Origin: an uncultured Clostridia bacterium
GTDB lineage: Bacteria > Bacillota > Clostridia > Christensenellales > UBA1242
Reading direction: 5' to 3'
Length of the DNA: 64,000 nucleotides
NCBI GenBank assembly: GCA_934747885.1
Contig: CAKVHE010000001.1
Coordinates: forward strand, 364,052 to 428,051
Part shown: positions 19,817 to 31,743 of the stretch, piece by piece
How positions within the stretch are numbered: position 1 is the first letter of the stretch
How the letters are laid out: every line of letters begins with the position of its first letter
The notes under the pieces: generated by a model
The model's input: the letters and a program-made list of their open reading frames with translations, nothing else
The model's database searches: none
What the model was told of the DNA's origin: nothing
Translations under genes and position numbers: made by a program

Positions 19817-19842
19817 TAACAATTGTTTAACTTTTGTTAAAA
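19817..19842. repeat. 26 bp dispersed repeat, copy 1 (taacaattgtttaacttttgttaaaa)
   Basis: This copy is identical to 63186-63211. It contains the inverted half-sites ttaacaa/ttgtttaa and gtttaac/gttaaa(a)c. Confidence 0.85.
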
Positions 19843-19981
19843 CAATATAATAAAATCGCCCTCACGCGCGTCCGCGGAGAGCGATTTTGTTTTAGGGTCA
19901 CCTGAACTATTTGTTCTACCCTATTATTTTCGCTTTTTCAAAAGGTGCCTAACTCACCTTTTGACTGCTTTTGTGTCTAAA

Positions 19982-21184
<1,203 letters not shown>

Positions 21185-21254
21185 TTTTATTCTCCTTTTT
21201 TAAAAATTGCTTTTTAACTACGTTTGATATTATAACATATCATTTTTTAAAAAT

Positions 21255-23330
21255 CTAGTCTTTTTTACGTTCGCCAATAATTTTTTCTGCAACGTTTCTT
21301 GGCACTTCTGCATAATGAGATAGTTCCATAGTAAAGGTGCCACGACCTTGGGTATTTGAACGCAGGTCGGTTGCATAACCAAACATTTCGGCTAGTGGAA
21401 CTTCGGCTCTAATTAGTTGTACACCATTTTTTAGAGTGGTTCCTTGAATATTACCACGACGTTTTGAAATATCGCCCATAACGTCACCAAGGAAGTTATC
21501 AGGAACTTCAATTTCAACCTTCATCATAGGTTCTAGCAATACTGCATTGCCTTTTTGCATTGCATCTTTAAATGCAAGCGAACCAGCAATTTTGAACGCC
21601 ATTTCCGAAGAGTCGACATCGTGGAAACTACCATCAACAAGAGTAACTTTAAAGTCAACAGTGTCGTATCCGGCTAAGATACCATTTTGTTTGGCTTCTT
21701 GAATACCCTTATCAACTGCAGGTATGTATTCTTTTGGAATAGCACCACCAACGATTTTATCAACAAATTCGTATCCGGTACCAGGTTCTTTTGGTTCCAT
21801 TTCAATGATACAGTGACCATATTGACCTTTACCACCCGATTGACGAATAAACTTGCCTTCTGCCCTAACTGCTTTACGCAAGGTTTCACGGTATGCAACT
21901 TGTGGAGCACCAACATTGCAATCAACGTGGTATTCACGACGCATACGGTCAACGATAATATCAAGGTGCAATTCACCCATACCTGAAATAATAGTTTGTC
22001 CTGTTTCTTCGTTGGTTGAACGTCTAAACGAAGGATCTTCTTCGGCTAGTTTTGAAAGAGCCATTGCCATTTTCTCTTGGTCGGCTTTGGTCTTTGGTTC
22101 AATAGCAACCGAAATAACAGGTTCTGGGAAATCCATTTTTTCTAGGATGATAGGTTTCTTTTCATCGCAAAGAGTATCACCCGTTGTGGTATCTTTTAAA
22201 CCTACAATAGCAATTATATCACCTGCATAAACCTCGGTTTCTTCAATACGTGTGTTTGCGTGCATACGTACAAGTCTACCGATACGTTCTTTGCAGTCTT
22301 TGGTTGAGTTGTAAACATACGAACCTGCGGTTAGTTTACCACTGTAAATTCTAAAGAATGTTAATCTGCCGTATTGGTCAGCAGCAATTTTGAAGGCTAG
22401 ACCCGAAAATGCTTCATCATCGGAAGTGATACGCTCTTCTTCTTTGCCGGTTTTTGGATTGATACCTTTAACGTGAGGAATATCAATTGGGCTTGGAAGA
22501 TAGTCAATAACTGCATCCAATAGTTTTTGGATACCTTTGTTTTTGTATGCAGAACCACACAAAACTGGGGTAATTTTTAGAGCAATTGTTGCTGTACGTA
22601 GCGCTTTTTTGATTTCTTCAACAGTAAATTCTTCACCATTAAAGAATTTTTCAAGTAGTGCATCGTCGGTTTCGGCGATGTTTTCAATTAAAAGTGCGCG
22701 AGCCTTGTCAGCTTCTTCCTTGTATTCGGCTGGAATGTCAGTGACTTCCATTTGTTTGCCTTCGTCATCTTTATAAACAATGGCGTGTTGTTCTACAAGG
22801 TCAATAACACCCTTAAATTCGTCCTCTTTGCCAATTGGCAATTGGATAGGCACTGCATTTGCATGCAATAGTTCACGCATTTTTGCAACAACGTTGTAAA
22901 AGTCTGCGCCATCTCTATCCATCTTGTTAACAAAGGCGATACGAGGAACACCGTATTTGTTGGCTTGACGCCAAACGGTTTCTGATTGAGATTGTACCCC
23001 ACCACGAGCACAGAAAACTTCTACCGCACCGTCAAGAACTTTTAAACTACGTTCTACTTCGATGGTAAAGTCTACGTGTCCAGGGGTATCAATTATGTTG
23101 ATTTTATGGTTTTTCCACTTGGTTGTGGTAGCAGCAGATGTAATGGTTATACCACGTTCTTGTTCTTGTGCCATCCAGTCCATGGTTGCTGCACCTTCGT
23201 GAACTTCACCAATTTTGTGAGTTTTACCAGTGTAGTACAAAATTCGTTCGGTAGTGGTAGTTTTACCGGCGTCGATGTGCGCCATAATACCGATGTTACG
23301 AATCATCTTTAAATCATAATCTCTGGCCAT
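21255..23330 (-). CDS. fusA: Elongation factor G
   Basis: A 691 aa product with [20 protein letters not shown] and NKMD. Confidence 0.98.
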   Translation of the reverse strand: MARDYDLKMIRNIGIMAHIDAGKTTTTERILYYTGKTHKIGEVHEGAATMDWMAQEQERGITITSAATTTKWKNHKINIIDTPGHVDFTIEVERSLKVLDGAVEVFCARGGVQSQSETVWRQANKYGVPRIAFVNKMDRDGADFYNVVAKMRELLHANAVPIQLPIGKEDEFKGVIDLVEQHAIVYKDDEGKQMEVTDIPAEYKEEADKARALLIENIAETDDALLEKFFNGEEFTVEEIKKALRTATIALKITPVLCGSAYKNKGIQKLLDAVIDYLPSPIDIPHVKGINPKTGKEEERITSDDEAFSGLAFKIAADQYGRLTFFRIYSGKLTAGSYVYNSTKDCKERIGRLVRMHANTRIEETEVYAGDIIAIVGLKDTTTGDTLCDEKKPIILEKMDFPEPVISVAIEPKTKADQEKMAMALSKLAEEDPSFRRSTNEETGQTIISGMGELHLDIIVDRMRREYHVDCNVGAPQVAYRETLRKAVRAEGKFIRQSGGKGQYGHCIIEMEPKEPGTGYEFVDKIVGGAIPKEYIPAVDKGIQEAKQNGILAGYDTVDFKVTLVDGSFHDVDSSEMAFKIAGSLAFKDAMQKGNAVLLEPMMKVEIEVPDNFLGDVMGDISKRRGNIQGTTLKNGVQLIRAEVPLAEMFGYATDLRSNTQGRGTFTMELSHYAEVPRNVAEKIIGERKKD

Positions 23331-23369
23331 TTAAATTCTCCTATAAATATTTCAAAAACGGTAAGATTC

Positions 23370-23840
23370 TTACCATCTGTAACTTGCAAATGCTTTGTTT
23401 GCTTCTGCCATACGCAATACTTCTTCTTTCTTTTTGAATGCGCCACCGCTTTGGTTGTATGCATCCATAAGTTCAGCTGCAAGTTTTGCACTTGTGCCTT
23501 TTTCGTTGCGTTTTCTAACTGCAGTTACGATCCAACGAATTGCAAGGGTTTGTCTTCTTGCTGGACGAACTTCGATAGGAACTTGGTAAGTACCACCACC
23601 AACTCTACGCGCTTTAACTTCAAGAACTGGTTTTACATTTTCAATTGCTTGATTGAAAACGGTCATCGCGTCCATATTCATTTTGCTTTCGATAATTTTG
23701 AAAGCATCGTAAACAATATTTTGAGCAACACCGCGCTTGCCATCATACATAAGTTGGTTAATTAGTTTGGTAACAATTTTTGAATCGTAGATAGGGTCTG
23801 GCAATACATCGCGTGCTACTGCTGCATTTCTTCTAGACAT
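23370..23840 (-). CDS. rpsG: 30S ribosomal protein S7
   Basis: A 156 aa product. It starts [18 protein letters not shown] and ends KAFASYRW. Confidence 0.97.
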   Translation of the reverse strand: MSRRNAAVARDVLPDPIYDSKIVTKLINQLMYDGKRGVAQNIVYDAFKIIESKMNMDAMTVFNQAIENVKPVLEVKARRVGGGTYQVPIEVRPARRQTLAIRWIVTAVRKRNEKGTSAKLAAELMDAYNQSGGAFKKKEEVLRMAEANKAFASYRW

Positions 23841-23881
23841 TATTTTTTCCTCCTTTATTATTTGGTTAAACTAGCAAAACC

Positions 23882-24253
23882 TTATTTAGGTCTTTTTGCG
23901 CCGTACTTGCTACGAGCTTGTTTGCGGTCTTTAACACCCGCAGTATCAAGCGTGCCACGTACAATATGATAACGCACACCTGGAAGGTCTTTTACACGGC
24001 CACCACGAATAAGCACTACTGAGTGTTCTTGCAAGTTGTGACCAATACCTGGAATATAAACCGTACCTTCCATTTTGTTAGAAAGACGAACTCTGGCAAT
24101 TTTACGAAGAGCCGAGTTAGGCTTTTTTGGAGAGGTTGTTGTAACCGAAAGACATACACCACGTTTTTGTGGGTTCTTTTCGAGGATAGGTGATTTTGGT
24201 TTTACGGTTTTAGGTTCCCTTCCGTGTCTTATTAACTGATTTACAGTAGACAT
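23882..24253 (-). CDS. rpsL: 30S ribosomal protein S12
   Basis: A 123 aa product with [10 protein letters not shown] and [13 protein letters not shown]. Confidence 0.97.
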   Translation of the reverse strand: MSTVNQLIRHGREPKTVKPKSPILEKNPQKRGVCLSVTTTSPKKPNSALRKIARVRLSNKMEGTVYIPGIGHNLQEHSVVLIRGGRVKDLPGVRYHIVRGTLDTAGVKDRKQARSKYGAKRPK

Positions 24254-24398
24254 TGTTTCTCCTCCTGTTAATTTTTGGTTTTGAATTCTCGTTCAACCCT
24301 TTGAGGAATTCTTCCCCGCCAAATTTTTAACGCTTTGTACACACTAATTAAAGCCTTAAAAAAATGCGAGGCGCAGGACCATAATCCCACGCCTTCGT

Positions 24399-24427
24399 AT
24401 TGTATCATAACCTAAAAATCTTGTCAA
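24399..24427 (-). promoter_or_regulatory. Consensus promoter of the str operon
   Basis: On the minus strand the layout is TTGACA (24427-24422), N17, TACAAT (24404-24399). This leaves a leader of about 140 nt before rpsL. Confidence 0.55.
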
Positions 24428-24518
24428 TAATAAAAACAAAAATTTATCCCGTTTTTTGGTTAAAATTTTTATTTTTTCGCCCCGTTATTGCCTTTTTATA
24501 GGGCGCAAAAAAAGTACA

Positions 24519-25703
24519 CTAAATTTTGCTATCAATTTTTGCCGTTTCTTCGGGTTTTGCCGCTTGGTTTTCTGCTTCTGGGCTCAAACTTTTTAGATAG
24601 CAAGTTTTGCGACGCACCAGTTCACGGTCAAACATATCAAGTGCGTTAATTACCGCAACATTGGTTTCTAGTTGCGAGCCGGTGTCTGCATATTTTATGC
24701 CATGCTTTATAAAGCGATCTAGCATATTTTTGATAATAAGCGCCGTAACGCCATGGTTTTGATATTTTGGTTTTACCGCAATTAGGCCAAGTTCCAAACT
24801 TTCGGGTTTTTGTATGGCTTTTAGTAGCCCTATCCAGCCAAAAGGTAACAAGCGCCCCTTGCACTTTTGCATAGCCTTTGCCAAACTTGGGTAGCCCACG
24901 CCAAAACCTGCCATTTCGCCATCTTTATCAAAAATAATCGAAACATAATCAGGGTCAATTACCAAATTAAACAGCCCTATGGTTTGGTCAACCAGTTTTT
25001 TACTAAACGGAATGGTGCCATAAAGAGGGGCAAAACATTCGTCAAGTAGTTCAAAAAACTTGTAACCGTAGCCGTCAATAATCTCTTTTTTATTTTTAAA
25101 TTTGCCTTCATAAAAGCCATATCGGCGAGAAATTACATCGGCTGCCCGCACCAATTTGTCCGGAACTTTTTCCGGCGTAGGAATACGCCATTCCACCCAT
25201 TTTGCGTCTGGCTTGTATCCGTTTGCCTCTACATGCTTTTGATAATATTCCGCATTGCAAGAACCCTGAAAAGTACCAATAGTATTAAAGCCATAAACCA
25301 TCAAACCTTCGCGCTCTAAATCATTAAAACCTAGTGGCCCATGAATATCCAACATACCTTTGCTTCGTGCCCAGTTTTCCACGGCATCAAAAAGCGCCTT
25401 TGCAACCTCAGCATCGTCTATCAAATCAAACCTCGAAAAGCGCGCGCGTTTTGCGTGATTTTTTTCGTTGTAAGCATGCGAAATTATGCCGGCAATTCTG
25501 CCCACAATTTTGCCATCACGGTACGCCAAAAAGTAAACAGCTTCACTCTCTTCAAACGAAGCATTTTTTTTGGGATTGGTCAAATTAAATTCGTCTTGTT
25601 CCATTGGTGGAACATAAAAAACACTATCTTTATAAAGTGTTACGGGAAATTTTACAAACTTTTTAAAATCTCGTTTGGATTTTACTTCTTTTATTTCTAC
25701 CAT
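24519..25703 (-). CDS. GNAT-like N-acetyltransferase family protein (two-lobed, about 390 aa)
   Basis: A 394 aa product. The segment FLAYRDGKIVGRIAGII and a C-terminal acetyl-CoA-type segment (QNHGVTALIIKNM) are present, with a GGAGA RBS. Confidence 0.5.
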   Translation of the reverse strand: MVEIKEVKSKRDFKKFVKFPVTLYKDSVFYVPPMEQDEFNLTNPKKNASFEESEAVYFLAYRDGKIVGRIAGIISHAYNEKNHAKRARFSRFDLIDDAEVAKALFDAVENWARSKGMLDIHGPLGFNDLEREGLMVYGFNTIGTFQGSCNAEYYQKHVEANGYKPDAKWVEWRIPTPEKVPDKLVRAADVISRRYGFYEGKFKNKKEIIDGYGYKFFELLDECFAPLYGTIPFSKKLVDQTIGLFNLVIDPDYVSIIFDKDGEMAGFGVGYPSLAKAMQKCKGRLLPFGWIGLLKAIQKPESLELGLIAVKPKYQNHGVTALIIKNMLDRFIKHGIKYADTGSQLETNVAVINALDMFDRELVRRKTCYLKSLSPEAENQAAKPEETAKIDSKI

Positions 25704-25793
25704 ATTTTTTTCTCCTATCTTATTTTAATACCTTCGACATTGTTTTTGCAACCTTTTTGTTATGCCCTAGGCGCCATTATTATAAAATTAAGT

Positions 25794-27293
25794 ATGAAAC
25801 AGATAGTAAAATCGGTAACAATTGTTACCTTGCTTGGCATACTCACTCGCATTTTGGGTCTGGTGGTACGCATTTATTTATCACGCGAGATAGGTGCAAC
25901 CGAACTTGGTATTTTTCAAGTGGCGTCAAGCGCCTTTTTCTTGCTATGTGCGCTAGTAACCAGCGGACTACCACTAGTTATTTCGCGCAAAATTGCCAAA
26001 GAGCCGCACAAAGAACCTTCGCTTATTTCGTCGGGGCTTATTTTGTCCGTTTTGATTGCGGGTGCAGTATGTTTGATAATAATTTGTTTCCCAAAATTAT
26101 TTACCGCAATTTGGGGGCAAGAGCAATCATTTAATGTGCTTGTTCTTTTGCTTCCCGCTTTGGTTGCCACCGCCATTTATGTGCCTTATCGTGGCGCGCT
26201 TTGGGGCAACAAATCTTTCTTTTGGCTTTCGGTAATTGAACTAATTGAACAACTGGTACGTTTTGTGTGCTTGTTTGTGCTATTTTTGTTTGGTTCAAAA
26301 CTATTTAGTGGCGCCGAAATTGCGGGGCTTGCCACCATGCTTGCTTGCCTTGCCTCCACCCTTGTGGGTATTGTTTATTACTACACGCACAAAAAGCAAT
26401 GCTACAACTCACCAAGCGAGATAAAAAACCTACTAATAGAATCAGCACCCATTGCCACCACTCGCATATCCACCAGTGTGGTAAGTATGATAATTTCGGT
26501 AATGATCCCCGCCCTACTCACTTTGGCGGGACACACTCACGAAGAGGCGCTGGCACTATTTGGCACCGCAAGTGGAATGGTTATTCCTTTGCTTACCGTT
26601 CCCGGCACCGTAATTGGCTCGATTGCCATTATTCTGCTTCCGGAACTTAGCCAAAGCACCAGCACCTATCACGATGCAAAAATTGACCAAGCCTTTATTG
26701 TTTCAAGCCTACTATCTCTCGCCTTTGTTCCGCTATATTTTGGCGTGGGAGCGGGCATTGGTGAAGTTTTGTACAACAATAGTTTGGCTGGCTCACTTAT
26801 TCGCGTCGGTAGTTTTTTGTTGTTGCCACTTGGGCTTTCACAAATTTCAACCAGTGTACTAAACGCGCTAAGCAAAGAACGAAAATGTTTACTATTCTTT
26901 TTTATTAGCAATGCTTTGCTACTTGTCACCATTGCCGTTTTAACAAAACCGCTCGGCATTTATGCGCTTGTTGTTGGCTTTGGCGTAATGAGCCTTTGTA
27001 GCACTTTGCTTAATTTGTTTGCGCTAAAAAAACTAACCAGCGCCAAGTTTTATCGTGCCACTTTGCTTATGGTAATTTTTTGCGTGCCTTCTTCGGCTCT
27101 TGCAAAATGGATGTTTGACCTACTCATTATTAAATTTAAAACGTTGTACTCGTGCGTTATTGCGGGCGGAATTTCCATGCTGATGTTTGGCGCGCTTTGC
27201 GTTATGTTTAAACTTGTTGACCTAAGTTATGTTTTTGGCAAAGTTCGCCGCAGCAAAAAGGCGCCAAAGACAAACTTTTCACGCGCTGAATAA
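25794..27293 (+). CDS. MOP-superfamily flippase (polysaccharide biosynthesis / SpoVB-like)
   Basis: About 499 aa with roughly 14 predicted TM segments, starting at MKQIVKSVTIVTLLGILTRILGLV. The upstream part of track ORF 25341-27293 overlaps the opposite-strand GNAT gene and is discarded. The promoter is TTGTTA (25757-25762), N18, TATAAA (25781-25786), 7 nt, then ATG, with no SD. Confidence 0.65.
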   Translation: MKQIVKSVTIVTLLGILTRILGLVVRIYLSREIGATELGIFQVASSAFFLLCALVTSGLPLVISRKIAKEPHKEPSLISSGLILSVLIAGAVCLIIICFPKLFTAIWGQEQSFNVLVLLLPALVATAIYVPYRGALWGNKSFFWLSVIELIEQLVRFVCLFVLFLFGSKLFSGAEIAGLATMLACLASTLVGIVYYYTHKKQCYNSPSEIKNLLIESAPIATTRISTSVVSMIISVMIPALLTLAGHTHEEALALFGTASGMVIPLLTVPGTVIGSIAIILLPELSQSTSTYHDAKIDQAFIVSSLLSLAFVPLYFGVGAGIGEVLYNNSLAGSLIRVGSFLLLPLGLSQISTSVLNALSKERKCLLFFFISNALLLVTIAVLTKPLGIYALVVGFGVMSLCSTLLNLFALKKLTSAKFYRATLLMVIFCVPSSALAKWMFDLLIIKFKTLYSCVIAGGISMLMFGALCVMFKLVDLSYVFGKVRRSKKAPKTNFSRAE

Positions 27294-27322
27294 AAGCCCA
27301 TCATGCAGGCAATACTCAGGTT

Positions 27323-28042
27323 ATGATAAATTTGTTTGTAAGATCAATAATTTTGTATTTGTTTATTTTGTTCGCCGTAAGATTTATGGGTAAACGTCAA
27401 GTGGGCGAGATGCAACCGTTTGAATTTGTAATAACCTTGATTATTGCCGACCTTGCCACCATACCTATGAGTGAAATTTCGGTGCCAATTTTGCATGGCA
27501 TTGTGCCAATTTTTGCCATAATTATTTTGCACTACCTAATTTGCGCTGTAAGCCGAAAGAGTATGCTAGCGCGTTACATAATTTCTGGGCGTTCTGCCAT
27601 TATTGTTAGTCCAAAAGGAATAAATTATAACGAACTAAAAGCGCTAAATATGAACCTAGACGACCTAATTGAGGCTTTGCGCAATGACGACATTTTTGAC
27701 CTTGACGAAGTGGCTTATGCCATAATGGAAACCAACGGCAAACTTTGCGTAATAAAAAAGAGCCAAACTGAACCCGTTACGCGAGAAGATATGCAAATTG
27801 AGAGCACGCCCGCTAGTCTGCCGGTATCTATAATTATGGACGGCAAACTAATGAAAGAAAACCTTACCCTAACCGGCATAACCGAAGAATTTGTAAATCA
27901 GTGCATCACCAAAATAAAAGTTAGCAAAATAAAAGAAGTTTTGCTTTTTACCTTAAACGCAAACGGACTTGCCTATATGCAAGCCAAAAAAGGTGACGCA
28001 ATAAGCTTTCAAACAGAATATAACGGCGAAGGGAAATGGTAA
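27323..28042 (+). CDS. DUF421 (YetF-like) membrane protein
   Basis: The segments FAVRFMGKRQVGEMQPFEFVITLIIADLA are typical of DUF421. Confidence 0.7.
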   Translation: MINLFVRSIILYLFILFAVRFMGKRQVGEMQPFEFVITLIIADLATIPMSEISVPILHGIVPIFAIIILHYLICAVSRKSMLARYIISGRSAIIVSPKGINYNELKALNMNLDDLIEALRNDDIFDLDEVAYAIMETNGKLCVIKKSQTEPVTREDMQIESTPASLPVSIIMDGKLMKENLTLTGITEEFVNQCITKIKVSKIKEVLLFTLNANGLAYMQAKKGDAISFQTEYNGEGKW

Positions 28043-28046
28043 AATT

Positions 28047-28442
28047 ATGACAAAAAAACTAATAGCAATAATCTGCTTTGCGGTGGCAATTGGCGTGGCA
28101 GGCATTTTTGAATCACGTTACATAATTAGGTCATTTGGTTTTATGGAAGAATCACTTGCCACCTACCGCGAAAACATACAAAAAAATCCTGAGCAAATAG
28201 ACACTCAGGAAAACATTGAATATATGGAGAACTTGCATACCGAATGGCAAAAACGCACCAAAGTGCTAAAGTTTTTTGTTTGGCATACCGGCATAAAAGA
28301 TGTGGAAGTTGGACTAAGCCGAATTACTAGTTATAGCGAAGAAAACAACTATACCGAAGCCTATGTTGAACTAAACAACCTAGTAGACTACTGCATGCAT
28401 TATAGCGAAGACTATCGTTTTTCGATACAAAATGTAATTTAA
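28047..28442 (+). CDS. DUF4363-like small membrane-anchored protein
   Basis: A 131 aa product with an N-terminal TM. It sits in the conserved position immediately after a DUF421 gene. Confidence 0.5.
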   Translation: MTKKLIAIICFAVAIGVAGIFESRYIIRSFGFMEESLATYRENIQKNPEQIDTQENIEYMENLHTEWQKRTKVLKFFVWHTGIKDVEVGLSRITSYSEENNYTEAYVELNNLVDYCMHYSEDYRFSIQNVI

Positions 28443-29149
28443 GCAACTGGGGTTAAGGTTAAGGAAAACGACCACTTAAAGTCGCCAATATCCACGCTTT
28501 TGCTAGTGGTGTCGAGTTTTAGTTCTAGTCTAATAAAAATATGTGGCTCGCTTGACGAAACCTGAATGTAACCTTGTTTTAGAACCTTGCCCGCAGCCGA
28601 CCAATCGGTTGGCTCAGCGCTGCCATAGTAATACAAATAACTAACCGACAAACTATCGGCATACGATTTGCCAGACAGCGAAGTGGTTGCCGAACTATCA
28701 AAATAAATATTGGTAGCAGAAGTTGCGTCGGCATTTTGAGTATATTCAAACAAATAAACTATGCTTGAATAATCTTTGCTCAAATTTACTTTGGTGGAAA
28801 CAAATTGATCCTTGTCTTCGGTTTCGCCACCGCGAGCGTAATCATACAAAACCAAATCGGTAATGGTTGGCGCAGCGGTTGAAGACGACGAAGAATAAAC
28901 AATTTCGCCATTTGCGTTAGTTTCTGCCAAGACGCCACCGGAACGACTAGCAAGAAGCACGCCATTAACATTTTGAACATTTATGCTCATTTCGTTTTTG
29001 ATGCCCACCGAAAAAGTTTCAAGCGAAGCGTAGGCGCCCACTGCAATTACAGCGACCGCCGAAACCATAGCAATTAGCGATAAAATAATTTTGCTTCTCA
29101 TTCCCGACTTTTTTTTAAGTCGGTTTTTTTCCGATTTAGATATTTTCAT
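28439..29149 (-). CDS. Secreted or signal-anchored beta-rich protein, paralog 1 (TasA/camelysin-like topology, family unknown)
   Basis: A 236 aa product with a basic N-terminus, a TM and AVGAYASLETFSVGIKNEMSI. It is homologous to 37400-38125 over the N-terminus and the C-terminal strand (GDFKWSFSLTLTPVA versus GDWAFTLEFMVA). A GGTGGA RBS is present. Confidence 0.6.
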   Translation of the reverse strand: MKISKSEKNRLKKKSGMRSKIILSLIAMVSAVAVIAVGAYASLETFSVGIKNEMSINVQNVNGVLLASRSGGVLAETNANGEIVYSSSSSTAAPTITDLVLYDYARGGETEDKDQFVSTKVNLSKDYSSIVYLFEYTQNADATSATNIYFDSSATTSLSGKSYADSLSVSYLYYYGSAEPTDWSAAGKVLKQGYIQVSSSEPHIFIRLELKLDTTSKSVDIGDFKWSFSLTLTPVA

Positions 29150-29214
29150 CTTTCCACCTTGGTTTGCACTATAATAATATCACATAAAAAAATTTTTGTA
29201 AAACACTTTTTAAC

Positions 29215-29952
29215 CTACTGCATTTTTTCTTTTAGCGTTTTAAGCACGCGAGCTTCCACCCTACTAATCTGCACTTGCGACACTTGCATCTCGCGCGCAA
29301 TTTCGGTCTGCGTCAGCCCCCTAAAATACCTTAGCAAAATAATTTTTCGTTCTTTTTCGGGCAACGCTTTTATTAGGTCTTTTAGCATGATTTTTTCTAG
29401 CGTTTCGTCCACTGCCTCGCTTTGAGTTAGTTTGTCAATAAGGTTTGGGCTGCTTTCGGTTTTGTCCGCCGTTTTTTCATAAATACTAACCAGTGGTTTG
29501 GTACTTTCTATTGCAAGCACCACTTCGTCGGGCGTCACTTCAAACTTTTCGGCAAGTTCGCTAGTGGTTGGAGATTCTTTGCCTTGTTTTTGTAGTTCGG
29601 CAATTTCTTTGTTAATTTTTATAGCAAGCGACTTTAAACTGCGCGACACCTTTATTTCGCCGTCATCGCGCATAAATCGCTTTATTTCGCCCGCAATCAT
29701 AGGCACAGCATAGGTAGAAAACTTAACACCGTACTCGGGCTCAAAATTTGTTATCGCTTTTAAAAAGCCAACACAACCAAGTTGGTACAAATCATCGTAC
29801 TCAATTTTTTTGTAAGCAAAGCGTTTTATCACGCTTTTAATAAGCGGATAATTTCCACCAAGAAGTTTGGTTTTGGCTTCTTCGTCGCCTTGCTTGGCTT
29901 GGCTTATGAGTTTAAGCGTTTCTTCGGGAGAAATAAGCTTAAACTCGTCCAT
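29215..29952 (-). CDS. sigF: Sporulation sigma factor SigF
   Basis: A 245 aa sigma-70 family product. It is the last gene of the spoIIAA-spoIIAB-sigF arrangement. The segments GNYPLIKSVIKRF, STYAVPMIAGEIKRFMRD and TQTEIAREMQVSQVQISR are present. Confidence 0.9.
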   Translation of the reverse strand: MDEFKLISPEETLKLISQAKQGDEEAKTKLLGGNYPLIKSVIKRFAYKKIEYDDLYQLGCVGFLKAITNFEPEYGVKFSTYAVPMIAGEIKRFMRDDGEIKVSRSLKSLAIKINKEIAELQKQGKESPTTSELAEKFEVTPDEVVLAIESTKPLVSIYEKTADKTESSPNLIDKLTQSEAVDETLEKIMLKDLIKALPEKERKIILLRYFRGLTQTEIAREMQVSQVQISRVEARVLKTLKEKMQ

Positions 29953-30383
29953 TACTCCTTGCTTCTGCCTCCTAGTTTTTTTGTTAAAACAACTCTAATT
30001 CCATGAGGTTTTAGGTTGCTTACTTCCACCTTGTCCATAAAGGCTTCCATAACCGTAAAGCCCATACCTGAGCGTTCGCCTTCTTTGCCGGTTGTAAAAA
30101 AGGCTTGACGCGCTTTTGCTATGTCTTCTATGCCTTTTCCACAGTCGTCTATGGTTACAGTAAGCGTTTTGCCCAAAATGGTGCCGTTCATTTCAATTTC
30201 GCCACCCTTGCCATCGTAGGCGTGCACCACCGCGTTAGTAACCGCTTCCGACACCGCCGTTTTTATACTGGATAGTTCTTCCACGCTTGGGTCAAGCGGT
30301 AACACAAACGCCGAAACAACCGAACGAGCAAAACATTCGTTGATGCTGGACGCTTCAAATTTTAAGTTAAAATAATTTTCCAT
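29952..30383 (-). CDS. spoIIAB: Anti-sigma F factor (serine kinase) SpoIIAB
   Basis: A 143 aa product with an HATPase_c layout (EAVTNAVVHAY, DCGKGIEDI, GMGF). Confidence 0.9.
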   Translation of the reverse strand: MENYFNLKFEASSINECFARSVVSAFVLPLDPSVEELSSIKTAVSEAVTNAVVHAYDGKGGEIEMNGTILGKTLTVTIDDCGKGIEDIAKARQAFFTTGKEGERSGMGFTVMEAFMDKVEVSNLKPHGIRVVLTKKLGGRSKE

Positions 30384-30398
30384 TTTTTGTGTTTCCTT

Positions 30399-30710
30399 TT
30401 AAGATATTTTTGGCATTATTTTGTAAATGCCCGTCATTTTTAAAATATGATCAATGGTTGTTGTCGGGTTTTTTATAACAAAATTAAGCCCGTTGGGCGC
30501 AAATTTTTTGTACCTACCAATAAGCACGCCAATACCGGTGCTATCCATAAACGACAGCCCCGACAAATCTATGACCACGCGCGAATAAGGTTTTACGCCT
30601 TCTAGCGTTACGTCCAATTTTTGACGGGCAAATTCTGCCACCGACTCGTCCAGTTCCCCGCCAAACGAAAAAGTGCAAGTATCGCCCGACGATTTTGAGT
30701 TTATTGTCAT
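30399..30710 (-). CDS. spoIIAA: Anti-sigma F factor antagonist SpoIIAA (STAS)
   Basis: A 103 aa product with the phosphorylation-loop motif LSFMDSTGIGVLIGRYK. Confidence 0.9.
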   Translation of the reverse strand: MTINSKSSGDTCTFSFGGELDESVAEFARQKLDVTLEGVKPYSRVVIDLSGLSFMDSTGIGVLIGRYKKFAPNGLNFVIKNPTTTIDHILKMTGIYKIMPKIS

Positions 30711-30857
30711 AATAGTTCTCCTTTGCCTATATCCCGATTATACCAAACCATTAGGAAAGGCGCAAAAGAGAAAAAAGTTGAAATTTGTCATATTTTGCCA
30801 AAGGTTACCTATTGACAAAACCGCAAAATGTTTTATACTAAAAGCGAGGAAAAGCTT

Positions 30858-31706
30858 ATGAGTTTGTCAATTATGTCCACGCTTTACAACATTTTGTATT
30901 TAGCCAAAAAGGGCACAATTTCGGCGAGCGTTGCAAATTCTTGCACGCGCAAGGTTTTGGCCGATGCCGAACTATCTTGCTTATCACTTCGCGATGATAT
31001 TGATGACCTTTATCTTGATTTTTCGTTGCGAAAACTAATAAAAAGCACCGAAACCGCCACCGCCGACAAAACCATATTTGCCCATAAATTTGATATTTTT
31101 TATAGTGCAAAAACCCCTTTGCAAAAACAATATTCGGTAAAAATTGTCGCCAACATCGAAAACGAACAAAAGCAAAAGCACCTGTTTGATTATTCTAGGG
31201 CCAGCCAACTTTTGCCATCTACCAGTCTTCCGGAAGGCGCGCCAAACTTTATTGAGAGTTTGGACTACACCATGTTTAATTTGATTATGGACGCCGAACA
31301 CGGCAAACTATCTTGGGAGGATGCTGACCACTTTGTAAAACAAATTTATTTTTACAAAGACGCGCTTAACAAAAATGGTTCCTACCCAACTCGTAGGCTA
31401 GCCAACCGCATTTTGGTAGGTATGCAAAGTGAACTATTGGATCCCGAAAAAGAACAAGGCAAGCGCAGCCTTGGCGGCATACGAAATGTAAGCAATTATT
31501 TGTACTTTTTCTTTTCGCCCCACGCTTATTTGGGCGACTACTCCGAAAGTTGCAAACTCGCTAGTCCGCAAATCCTACTACCGCAAATTAAGCACTATTT
31601 AAACACCAAAGAACAAAAAAGTGCCGGAAGTGAACGCGGACAAATAAAAGCCTTAAAACAAAAACTAGACAGCATAAATTCTATGCTCCCTAGCGAAAAT
31701 GAATAA
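30858..31706 (+). CDS. Hypothetical protein
   Basis: The start is taken at MSLSIMSTL (ATG 30858) after GAGGAAAA. TTGACA (30811-30816), N17, ATACTA lies upstream and would exclude the track start at 30828. I recognise no motif. Confidence 0.5.
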   Translation: MSLSIMSTLYNILYLAKKGTISASVANSCTRKVLADAELSCLSLRDDIDDLYLDFSLRKLIKSTETATADKTIFAHKFDIFYSAKTPLQKQYSVKIVANIENEQKQKHLFDYSRASQLLPSTSLPEGAPNFIESLDYTMFNLIMDAEHGKLSWEDADHFVKQIYFYKDALNKNGSYPTRRLANRILVGMQSELLDPEKEQGKRSLGGIRNVSNYLYFFFSPHAYLGDYSESCKLASPQILLPQIKHYLNTKEQKSAGSERGQIKALKQKLDSINSMLPSENE

Positions 31707-31743
31707 AGCAAAAGCAACCTAAACTTAGGTTGCTTTTTTAAGT

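Noticed and set aside
25341-25793. The N-terminal 151 aa extension of track ORF 25341-27293.
   Set aside because: It overlaps the opposite-strand GNAT gene up to 25703 and has no membrane-protein character. The flippase N-terminus and a promoter fit the ATG at 25794.
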